32,000 nucleotides of DNA, taken from Candidatus Saccharimonadota bacterium (lineage in GTDB: Bacteria > Bacteroidota > Bacteroidia > Cytophagales > Amoebophilaceae). The position numbers were made by a program, and so were the translations under genes. Under the pieces are notes generated by a model. The model had not been told where the DNA came from and made no database searches. It saw nothing but the letters and a program-made list of their open reading frames with translations. Below are positions 19,234 through 27,814 of the stretch, piece after piece; position 1 is the first letter of the stretch; each line of letters begins with the position of its first letter. The stretch spans positions 90,001 to 122,000 of the forward strand of contig NZ_OW441264.1 in assembly GCF_936981045.1 (NCBI RefSeq), in the 5' to 3' direction.

Positions 19234-21075
19234 ATGCAGCCATTACGCAATATTGCCATTATAGCACACGTAGACCACGGGAAAACAACCTTATTAGACA
19301 ACTTATTAAAACAAAGTGGAACATTTAGAGCCCATCAAGAAGTAGCGGAACGGGTCATGGATTCCAATGATTTAGAGCGAGAGCGTGGCATTACGATTCT
19401 GGCTAAATGTACCTCTTTAGTTTGGAAAGATACCCGTATCAATGTTGTAGATACACCTGGTCACGCTGACTTTGGTGGAGAAGTAGAACGCATCTTAAGT
19501 ATGGTAGATGGTGTGGTCTTATTGGTGGATGCAGCAGAGGGGACTATGCCCCAAACTAAGTTCGTGTTAAGTAAAGCGTTAAAGCTAGGATTACGTCCTA
19601 TTGTAGTAGTCAATAAAATTGACCGTTCAGATGCGCGTGTAGGAGAAGTGGAAGATGAAATCTTAGAACTTTTTATGGCCCTTGAAGCTACAGAAGCGCA
19701 ATTTAACTTTCCTGTTGTCTATGCTTCTGGAAGATCAGGTTGGGCAAGTAGAACATTAGATGGGGAGCGAAAAGACCTATCTCCCTTATTTGATCTCATT
19801 CTAGACTATGTACCTGCTCCAACAGTCGATTTAAATAGTGACTTTTCCATGCTTATAACGGCAAGGGAATACGACCCTTATCTAGGGCGTATGCTAACAG
19901 GACGTATTTTCACAGGCAGCTTAAAAGTTCAACAAGCCATCAAAGCGCTCAATAAAGACAATGTAGTAATAGAAAATGGTAAGGTTACAAAGATTATGGC
20001 TTTCCGTGGTATGGAACAAGTACCCATTGAAACAGCACATGCTGGTGATATTGTTGCTATTGCAGGGATGCAACGCGCCAATGTAGCCGATACTATTTGT
20101 GCACCTACGGTGATAAAAGCCCTACCTGCCATTCCTATAGACCCACCTACGTTGGCTATTAACTTTTCAGTGAATGATTCGCCACTAGCTGGAACAGAAG
20201 GGAGCAAGGTTACTTGTAATGCGATACGTGATAGGCTAATGCGTGAACTGGAATCAAATGTATCTATTCAAGTAACCGAAAGTCCCAATAAGGATGCTTT
20301 TGAAGTAGCTGGACGTGGTGAATTACAATTAGGTGTTTTAATAGAAACGATGAGAAGGGAGGGGTTTGAACTTTCCATTAGCAGACCACGTGTATTAATT
20401 AAACTAGGGCCTAATGGTGAAAAACTAGAGCCACTAGAGGAGATTCAAATAGAATTGGATGATGCATTTTCAGGATCTGTCATCGAATCTATGAGTTTTC
20501 GAAAAGCAGAAATGAGGGACCTGCGTCCAATGGGGGGGGGCAAAACACGTATTATTTTTATTGGTCCATCACGCGGTTTAATTGGTTATTATGGCACCTT
20601 TCTTACTGAAACGAGGGGTACTGGTATTATGAATAGGACTTTTCATAGGTATGGTACCTACCGTGGAACGATTGTTGGACGACGCAATGGGGTACTTATT
20701 TCTATGGGTATGGGCAACGCCGTCGCATATGCACTTTTTAATTTAGCTGATCGGGGTAAAATGTTTATCGGTGCAGGTGAGAAGGTATATGGTGGGATGA
20801 TTGTAGGGGAACACAACAGGGATAATGACCTAGAAGTGAACCTATTAAAAGGGAAACAGCTTACAAATATGCGCGCATCTAGCTCAGACGAATCCATTCG
20901 ATTAAGCCCACCTGTGGTAATGACACTAGAAGAGGCCATTACCTATATAAAGGATGATGAACGTGTAGAAGTGACACCAAAATCGATTCGTTTGCGAAAA
21001 GCGATATTAGATCCTAATGAGCGCAAAAGAGCTGCTAAATCGCATCATTCATCCCCACCACCAGCCGATCAGTGA
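19234..21075 (+). CDS. typA: translational GTPase TypA/BipA
   Basis: 613 aa. It has [32 protein letters not shown] and the BipA-specific C-terminal domain ([20 protein letters not shown]). Confidence 0.96.
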   Translation: MQPLRNIAIIAHVDHGKTTLLDNLLKQSGTFRAHQEVAERVMDSNDLERERGITILAKCTSLVWKDTRINVVDTPGHADFGGEVERILSMVDGVVLLVDAAEGTMPQTKFVLSKALKLGLRPIVVVNKIDRSDARVGEVEDEILELFMALEATEAQFNFPVVYASGRSGWASRTLDGERKDLSPLFDLILDYVPAPTVDLNSDFSMLITAREYDPYLGRMLTGRIFTGSLKVQQAIKALNKDNVVIENGKVTKIMAFRGMEQVPIETAHAGDIVAIAGMQRANVADTICAPTVIKALPAIPIDPPTLAINFSVNDSPLAGTEGSKVTCNAIRDRLMRELESNVSIQVTESPNKDAFEVAGRGELQLGVLIETMRREGFELSISRPRVLIKLGPNGEKLEPLEEIQIELDDAFSGSVIESMSFRKAEMRDLRPMGGGKTRIIFIGPSRGLIGYYGTFLTETRGTGIMNRTFHRYGTYRGTIVGRRNGVLISMGMGNAVAYALFNLADRGKMFIGAGEKVYGGMIVGEHNRDNDLEVNLLKGKQLTNMRASSSDESIRLSPPVVMTLEEAITYIKDDERVEVTPKSIRLRKAILDPNERKRAAKSHHSSPPPADQ

Positions 21076-21596
21076 CACGCTGTTTTAAGCTGACACCATG
21101 GTTTGAATGGATAAATATGATGTATAGATGTGAAAGATTGTAAGATTTTTGGAACAATAGGTTCTAATAGTGGGAATAGGAGACTATGATCTGTATACCT
21201 GCTGGAGGTAAGTCCTGCGCAACCTAAAAAATAAATCAATAAACTGATAAAAAATGCCACTTTACATAATCCCAATACCCCCCCTAATAGGTTATCAAAT
21301 ATACCTAGAAAGCCAATCACTAAAATTTCTTTAATCAATTTCGTTAACAAGTAAATCACCAGCCCGCCTATGAAAAGCATGAGAATGGCTAAACAAATAG
21401 GTAGAAAAGTAGCTAAAGCAGGTAATTTGCGTTCTAGAATGCAGGGCAGAAATATATAAAATAAGGTTACACCTTTTATGCAACCCAATACCAATAGTGA
21501 AGAAGAAATCAGTTCTACAATAAACCCTTTCTTAAGCCCATTATAAAGCCCCCAAATAAGTGGTATAACGAGTAAAATATCAAAACCATTCATCAT
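21069..21596 (-). CDS. cvpA: CvpA-family membrane protein
   Basis: 175 aa. MNGFDILLVIPLIWGLYNGLKKGFIVEL plus 4 TM segments is the typical CvpA N-terminus. It is convergent with typA and overlaps it by 7 nt. Confidence 0.8.
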   Translation of the reverse strand: MMNGFDILLVIPLIWGLYNGLKKGFIVELISSSLLVLGCIKGVTLFYIFLPCILERKLPALATFLPICLAILMLFIGGLVIYLLTKLIKEILVIGFLGIFDNLLGGVLGLCKVAFFISLLIYFLGCAGLTSSRYTDHSLLFPLLEPIVPKILQSFTSIHHIYPFKPWCQLKTACH

Positions 21597-21606
21597 AGTT
21601 TTATTA

Positions 21607-21847
21607 ACGTGAGTTCGGGATTAGATTATTTTTTCATTTGATAATCAATATCAATGAAAATTTATAAAATTTGTTTTATTAGACGGTTAAATAGGTAGTT
21701 GAATAACAAATAATTCTGGTAATCAGTTTATTATATATATTATATTTATAAAATTAGATATAAAAATTTGTTAAATAGGTGCAAATATTAACTAAATAAT
21801 TGATATTAAATTGTTGTAAATCAGTCAAATAAATCCCGAACTCACGT
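21607..21847 (-). repeat. 240-bp MITE (MITE-A), copy 4
   Basis: ACGTGAGTTCGGGATTAGATTATTTTTTCATTTG ... AAATCCCGAACTCACGT. It begins 10 nt upstream of the cvpA start codon. Confidence 0.85.
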
Positions 21848-21927
21848 TATTAAAATCAATTTTAAAAATGGTATCTAATTAAATGTTTACCTTTAACAAA
21901 CTAGCAATCTGAATGTACCGTTCAGTC

Positions 21928-22088
21928 TTGTGGCAATGTTATGAAAAAACAGAAAAACCGCCCCTTGTAAAAAGTTGCTGAAAGCCCCCCATTGCAGCTG
22001 ATCAGAAAAACAGTTTAATGGAGGGCACAGGGTGGCTTCTGTTTTTCCAGCTGTATGGGGGGCTTTCAGCAACTTTTTACAAGGGGCT
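21928..22088. repeat. hairpin-type MITE (MITE-B), copy 2, right tip clipped
   Basis: TTGTGGCAATGTTATGAAAAAACAGAAAAACCGCCCCTTGTAAAAAGTTGCTGAAAGCCCCCC ... GGGGGGCTTTCAGCAACTTTTTACAAGGGGC. It is nearly one long hairpin. The expected last ~16 nt of the right arm are missing next to IS6 copy d. Confidence 0.7.
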
Positions 22089-22096
22089 TGATTTTT

Positions 22097-22929
22097 GGTT
22101 CTGTCGCGTCTATAGTTTTCTTAGTATAGGTTTTTCGTTTAAGTCAAATTTTGGATATTATGCGGCCATTAAGATAGCAAAGTTCTCAAAAGTAGAAAGA
22201 TGATTTTTAGCTCCTCTTACTTGTCCTTTTTGAATCATACGAATGTTTTCTATCCCTGAAATAGTAATGGAAGCAGAATAAAAATTCTTAAAACCCAGCA
22301 TAGGTTTTATCCGTTTTTTGATAAACCTATGATCTTGTTCAACTCTATTATTCAAATATTTGTTTTGCAATATTTGAATGGTATGATCTTGATCAAGATC
22401 TGTATTGATCGCATCAAGGGCAGCTTTATTACTACCGCTTTTGTCAATTACTACTTTCTTAGGAATATTATTTTCTGTGATCGCCTTTCGAAAAAAAGAA
22501 AGCGTTGAAGACTTGTCTCTATGCTCAGATAGAAAAAAGTCAACTGTATCACCATAACGATCTACTGCTCTATATAAATAGATCCACTTCCCGTTTAGTT
22601 TAACATAGGTTTCATCCATTCTCCAACTACTACCAACTGGTCGTTTTCTTTTTCTTACTGCTTTATCTATCAGAGGAACAAACTTAATAACCCATCTCTG
22701 TAGCGTAGAATGATCAACTCTTGCGCCTCTCATACGCATCATCTCTTCCAAATCTCTATAGCTCAAGGAAAAACGACACTTCATGTATACAAATAACAGG
22801 ATGACTTCTGATGAAGAACAATAACCTTTAAAATATGGTAATAACTCGGGAGAAATATTAAACATAATAACTACTTTTTTAAATACCGATACTAAAATAA
22901 TCATTTTTTAGAATAAACGCGACAGAACC
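22097..22929 (-). mobile_element. IS6-family insertion sequence, full-length copy d (833 bp)
   Basis: It has the same IRs and length as copy a. The transposase differs by about 1 aa (D-to-E). Confidence 0.95.
22158..22904 (-). CDS. IS6-family DDE transposase
   Basis: 248-aa intact ORF, near-identical to 7615-8361. Confidence 0.95.
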   Translation of the reverse strand: MIILVSVFKKVVIMFNISPELLPYFKGYCSSSEVILLFVYMKCRFSLSYRDLEEMMRMRGARVDHSTLQRWVIKFVPLIDKAVRKRKRPVGSSWRMDETYVKLNGKWIYLYRAVDRYGDTVDFFLSEHRDKSSTLSFFRKAITENNIPKKVVIDKSGSNKAALDAINTDLDQDHTIQILQNKYLNNRVEQDHRFIKKRIKPMLGFKNFYSASITISGIENIRMIQKGQVRGAKNHLSTFENFAILMAA

Positions 22930-22953
22930 TACACACTTAATTGGACAGAGCCC
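22930..22953 (+). repeat. terminal 24 bp of an IS256-type element
   Basis: TACACACTTAATTGGACAGAGCCC is the reverse complement of the terminus GGCTCTGTCCACTTAAGTGTGTA seen at 6903-6925 (1 mismatch). The rest of that element is replaced by IS6 copy d. Confidence 0.6.
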
Positions 22954-23161
22954 TTAGGTCGACTGGCTGAAATATCTGCAAAACTTAATTGATTATTTGT
23001 TTTGATTACCATAACAATACTATTAAAAATCTTAAGTATAAACGATTAAAGAAGTAACATAATTTAACCATTTTATAACACTAAAAGTCACTTTTTATAC
23101 CAAAGCTTAAAACTCTATTGAAACGGCCTCTTTATATAGGATTACTACATGGATTATGATA

Positions 23162-26100
23162 CTACGCAGGCATCCAAAATAAAATAATTGCTTCTTGCAT
23201 CCAAGGTAATTTAATGCTGGTTATAGACCAAGGAGGCACTAAATCACCTGTATCGTGTTCCTGGTGCATAATCGTTAGATGCCAAAATTTGCTTTCGGTA
23301 GCATCATTAGCTTTCTGTCTAGTTAAAATACCTAGTCTGTTCAAGAAATAACTTTTTAATATATCTTGCGTAGTACAACCTTGATATGAAGCCATTGCTT
23401 TAAGCTTTGTTAAACTTTTCCAGCGCTTTATTACTTTTTTAATCAGTAGTTGGCTGTTGACAGCTATAACTTCCATTGCACTATTGGATATAGATCCACT
23501 TTCTTCTATTTTTTCTGTAGATGCCTGTTGAGACGGTTGTTCTGGCTCAGCTATCATTTCTTTCATTGCTTCTTGACGATATGCATCGCAACCTTCATTT
23601 ATAGGTCTATAGGGTAACAATACTTCATCATAGGATAATCCACAAAGTAGCTTGGGAAGAGTAAGCTGCCATTCTGGACTCTTTAGCTGGCCAGTAACTA
23701 AGTATTGTAAGAGATAAACCGCATTATGGGCTGCTTGGTCACAGAAAAATTGGTTACCAACCATAAGGTTGTGCACTTTAAAAAAATCGTATAAGAAAGG
23801 CCATAGAAAGACCAATCCAGTATTTTTAGTATAGACCCGGACCTCTTCTTCTGGTAGACTAACTTTTGGGGATGGTTCTTTTTGCTTGGTTACCGATACC
23901 GTTTCTAATGAATGATTGGCCAAAGCTGGCTGACTCATGGTAGGTGGGTTGATGTGCTTTATAAGGGGCTTAAGCAAGGTTATAATCTTATCTTCTTCTT
24001 GATTAATGGCTTTTGTAGCCACAATTGAAGTAATGATTTTGTAAATCGCTTCTTTGGGATAACAAGTGGTCAATACTGTGCTGTGTACAAACTCCGTTGC
24101 TTCAAATGGCTTTTTTGTAATCAAATAATATATAATGGAAATGTATAATGCCCTATTCCAGGTTGATGGGTGATAGAGTGGTACAGTTTCGTGTTGCAGT
24201 GGATTGCTTAACAGATCCAGGTAATGCGTTACAAATCGAGCGTTGTCCTTTGCCAAAGAGGCTATAATCTTTGTAGTAACTTCTTGGCTAAAGTAGTGCA
24301 CCATACGTCTGGCTACTAATTGATGATTGTCCTGCGCTTCTAAAAAATTTGCTAATGTAGATGGTTGGTCCGCCATAAACTGAACCAATGCATTGCCTAA
24401 TGTAGGCATCGATAGATGGTACTGCTGGACACAAAGAGATAGGGTACCATTAAGCAGTAGATACAGCTTGGTTAGAATAGGTGCTTTGTAGCCACGTTGT
24501 ATAGCTTGTTGTTGGATCTCTTGTCGGTATTTTTCTTGTAATCTATTCAATGAAGTGATTAACTCTTCTGGTATCCCCTCGGTATCCAGGAGTTGAAAAG
24601 TTTCTAATAATGTAGTGGGGGTGATTTCTAAAACGTTACTCCATTCGGTGGTGATTTGTGCAAGCCAATTCTCTTTAGAAATAGATGTATGAGGTAGTGT
24701 TTTCAATACACTATCCCAAAATACATTTTTAGTACTATTGGGCTGGCCCAGTGAACCTTGTGTGGTACACCATAATTGATAACTCCCTTTTATAAAGTCT
24801 GCTAACGTTTTGCCTATTTCACTATGCCTTTGAACCAATAGCATAAGTTGCGTATGGGTAAAATGTACAATCAGCCGTTGACGCACATGTATTTTATGTT
24901 GCGCTAAGGAAAAAGTAGGAAGATGCGTGATCACATCATTCAACAAGGCTGTGCCATCTGCATAGTTCTCCAGCTTACCAGTATGCAAAAAGAGGTACCA
25001 TCCTTGTGCAACCCGTTCTCTTTTGCTTCGTACGGCATCGGTAATCTGCTTGTAGAGCGCTATGCTAATGGTTTCCTGTAATGGTTTGGCAATGGTTGGT
25101 AAGTGTTGTGCAACCAGTTGGTCAATCATTGATTGTGATAGGTCATCAGACTGTCGGACCCTATGCTTAATAGCTGGCAGTAGGTTGTTATAGTAAAGTG
25201 GCAAAAGGGCTTGGTCCAATTTTTCGTGTGTAGATAGAAAAATAAGATCCACGTCATCTATTTTATTTAGGTTTAGTGGCGCTAATTTTTCCTTGAGGAT
25301 AGAAAAGGCCTCTACTAGGTAGTAATCAGTTGCCTGTTTGGCCGCATCTATTAACTGATTACATAAGGTTGTTGGACGACATGAAGCTTGTGCGCTAAGA
25401 TGGAGTAATATGCGCTCTATATATTGTTTTTCGGGTGGCGTATGGGTGATCGCTGCTGCAATAAAAATTTCTTTGATTAAACGGATATTGGTCTGCTGCT
25501 GGGTACTCTGGAGCATTTTTGATTGTATGATCACCCTTTCTAACCCATCTAGCATCTGATTGGAAAATGGAATAAAGGCCTGTAATAGTTTAGATAAGGT
25601 GACCTCTGTGGCATGTTGCATTAACTTTTTTAAGATAGCGGCCTCTCGGCATAAAGGCGCTAATTGATCCCGTATTTGTTGGGGTGTTGCACGCCCCAAA
25701 CATTTGACTATTAAATAGGCGGGCACCAACTGATTGGGTGGTAATTCATTATAAGCAAGGAAATCTACTACATCAGATAATGGGTTTTCTTCGACTGAAA
25801 TAGGATCCCTATCCAAGTGCGCTGTGTAATACTTTGTTTGCAATGTGTCAAGTAGTTCTGCCGCTGAGTAGCCTTTTACTATATAATGATTATCTTTATT
25901 TATTGCATCGTTTTGAAATGATGCCAAACTAGAAAAGCACGCTGCTAGATGTTGATACCCTGCCTGTGTGGCCCTATCCAATAACCGATCACATAATATA
26001 TCATAAGAAAATGGCGTATAAGGCATAAGGTAGTCTACAATACGTGCTATATAGTGTCTTTCCGTAATCGGTGGATCTACAGTCGCTGCTGTAATCAACA

Positions 26101-27763
26101 TATTTTTTATCGAGTCTATATTTACCTGACATTCAGTAGTCTGAAGCAATGCAATGAGCACAGTTTCTAGTCTATCTAGAAACTTCATTGCAATCGGCAT
26201 GTGTTGTGCAAGACTACGTTCTATGATAGGCCGATGGATTGACACCTTTCTATCTGTTGCATCAGATGAGCATACAATAGGCTGGAGTGGGTTAACGATA
26301 GGTGGATGATGTAGTCCATCTTGGTAGATGGTTGTTTTGAAAGCATCTGATGGAAGGATCGCTGTGGATGCCAATGGAACCATAATGGCTTTTATAGCTA
26401 GGTTATACGTTTGAGTAGTAAGCAAGGCGGAAAGTCGTTGCTTGTTGATAAGGCTATTGGCAATATATTTTCTAAACAACGATTGAATCTCTTCAAAATA
26501 GAGCGTTTGAGCATATCCAAAGGCACAATAGGCTAAAGTAATGGCTTTAATCGCGCAAACAAGTGCGATGGCAGCATTAGTAGCAGTTGAGATCTGCATA
26601 AAATCAGAAAATATAGATACAATAGAGGGATCTATAGATTCTAAAAATGCAACAAAGAGGGTATCAGGTAAGTTTTTAGCCAGTTTTTCTCTATTTTTTT
26701 CTTCTTGAAGCCAACTTTTTACTAGAGGACCTATACCGGCTTTGTCCATTGCTATCTTAATGCCACTCATAGCTACTGATAGTTGATAGAACGCCATTGT
26801 GTTATTGCCTATTTTGTCCAATTCCTTTAATACCTTTTCCTGATTTTTAATATCCTGATACCAGAATTTTGGTGGCGTTATGAGTAAGTCACGCAACTGA
26901 AGGACTAATGCTTTTATGGTTGGGTCGTATGAGGATTTTTCCTCATTTTGTGCACAGTAAGTGTGTAACTTTTCTAGAATTTTTTCGTAGCTGGTGGAGG
27001 TTTGTATGGCTACTTGTTGGAGGAGCATACGCAACAAACCCATACGGTCTATTTTAGATCTTTGTTGGTTGATCATACCTAATAGGGTCATGGAAAGCAC
27101 CTGCTGTCCCGGTGTATACAACAAGTTGGGTAAAATCTTCGCTTGATATAACAATAACCCTGTTTCAGCTAAGATAGGCTTAAAATATTTTATAGGCTGC
27201 TTCAATAAACACGCAAGGGTATGCTCCAAGGTAGCCGGGGAAAAAATTGCAATGCAACGTTGAACGGCTTTTTCTTTTTTGGTCAGATTATACCAAAGTT
27301 GCTCTATAAGCAGAGGCGTATGGCGGAGCAACGCTAGATATATTTTTTCAATTTGTTTTTCACAACGTTCGACCATCCACCAAGCAAAATTACCTTCTGA
27401 TAGATAGTGTGCTATAGCTTGCCGTTTTGCATCTGGTAGTGGAATGACTTGATACCAAGTAGGATTATGAATTACCTTTCCAATCTGTTCTTTTAGCTTA
27501 AGCGTTAACATTTGTTCCACCTGACAGGGTAGTTGTTTGTCAAGGCTGGATAGATTGAAGCTACCTACATCTATGGCAATCTTGTCTAAATGGATGACTA
27601 CATCGTTCGGCACATATTGAGCAAAGAGTTTTGATAAAATAGGCATAATCCGTTTCCGGATAATTTTATGAATGATATGTTGGAGCATACTATTTTGACT
27701 ATGCTGATCAATAGTAACTTCAATTCGACTACGTAGAATAACATGACAGCTTGTTATAGGCAT
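23162..27763 (-). CDS. giant 1,533-aa protein; putative contractile-injection-system tape-measure protein (Afp14/Pvc14-like)
   Basis: Uninterrupted 4.6-kb ORF. The N-terminal module is ...VVIHLDKIAIDVGSFNLSSLDKQL... The C-terminal module is NTGLVFLWPFLYDFFKV...AVYLLQYLVTGQ..EWQLTLPKLLCGL...YFLNRLGIL...PPWSITSIKLPWMQEAIILFW. Both match, from memory, the conserved termini of eCIS/T6SS-iv tape-measure proteins. The middle is helical, of low conservation, and contains an internal duplication. The CDS itself is certain; the functional call is about 0.55. Confidence 0.6.
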   Translation of the reverse strand: MPITSCHVILRSRIEVTIDQHSQNSMLQHIIHKIIRKRIMPILSKLFAQYVPNDVVIHLDKIAIDVGSFNLSSLDKQLPCQVEQMLTLKLKEQIGKVIHNPTWYQVIPLPDAKRQAIAHYLSEGNFAWWMVERCEKQIEKIYLALLRHTPLLIEQLWYNLTKKEKAVQRCIAIFSPATLEHTLACLLKQPIKYFKPILAETGLLLYQAKILPNLLYTPGQQVLSMTLLGMINQQRSKIDRMGLLRMLLQQVAIQTSTSYEKILEKLHTYCAQNEEKSSYDPTIKALVLQLRDLLITPPKFWYQDIKNQEKVLKELDKIGNNTMAFYQLSVAMSGIKIAMDKAGIGPLVKSWLQEEKNREKLAKNLPDTLFVAFLESIDPSIVSIFSDFMQISTATNAAIALVCAIKAITLAYCAFGYAQTLYFEEIQSLFRKYIANSLINKQRLSALLTTQTYNLAIKAIMVPLASTAILPSDAFKTTIYQDGLHHPPIVNPLQPIVCSSDATDRKVSIHRPIIERSLAQHMPIAMKFLDRLETVLIALLQTTECQVNIDSIKNMLITAATVDPPITERHYIARIVDYLMPYTPFSYDILCDRLLDRATQAGYQHLAACFSSLASFQNDAINKDNHYIVKGYSAAELLDTLQTKYYTAHLDRDPISVEENPLSDVVDFLAYNELPPNQLVPAYLIVKCLGRATPQQIRDQLAPLCREAAILKKLMQHATEVTLSKLLQAFIPFSNQMLDGLERVIIQSKMLQSTQQQTNIRLIKEIFIAAAITHTPPEKQYIERILLHLSAQASCRPTTLCNQLIDAAKQATDYYLVEAFSILKEKLAPLNLNKIDDVDLIFLSTHEKLDQALLPLYYNNLLPAIKHRVRQSDDLSQSMIDQLVAQHLPTIAKPLQETISIALYKQITDAVRSKRERVAQGWYLFLHTGKLENYADGTALLNDVITHLPTFSLAQHKIHVRQRLIVHFTHTQLMLLVQRHSEIGKTLADFIKGSYQLWCTTQGSLGQPNSTKNVFWDSVLKTLPHTSISKENWLAQITTEWSNVLEITPTTLLETFQLLDTEGIPEELITSLNRLQEKYRQEIQQQAIQRGYKAPILTKLYLLLNGTLSLCVQQYHLSMPTLGNALVQFMADQPSTLANFLEAQDNHQLVARRMVHYFSQEVTTKIIASLAKDNARFVTHYLDLLSNPLQHETVPLYHPSTWNRALYISIIYYLITKKPFEATEFVHSTVLTTCYPKEAIYKIITSIVATKAINQEEDKIITLLKPLIKHINPPTMSQPALANHSLETVSVTKQKEPSPKVSLPEEEVRVYTKNTGLVFLWPFLYDFFKVHNLMVGNQFFCDQAAHNAVYLLQYLVTGQLKSPEWQLTLPKLLCGLSYDEVLLPYRPINEGCDAYRQEAMKEMIAEPEQPSQQASTEKIEESGSISNSAMEVIAVNSQLLIKKVIKRWKSLTKLKAMASYQGCTTQDILKSYFLNRLGILTRQKANDATESKFWHLTIMHQEHDTGDLVPPWSITSIKLPWMQEAIILFWMPA

Positions 27764-27814
27764 AACCGATTAAGTTGTGTGAGAACCCGCACACCAGTAC
27801 CCTGATGTGGGGGA

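Noticed and set aside
19929-20939. ORFs 19929-20207 and 20658-20939 (-).
   Set aside because: They are antisense to typA.
27764-27795. CCGATTAAGTTGTGTGAGAACCCGC upstream of the giant ORF vaguely resembles the IS256-type terminus (CCAATTAAGTGTGTA) and the IS6 IR (GGTTCT).
   Set aside because: The similarity is short and gapped and could be chance. It is not reported as an IS remnant.
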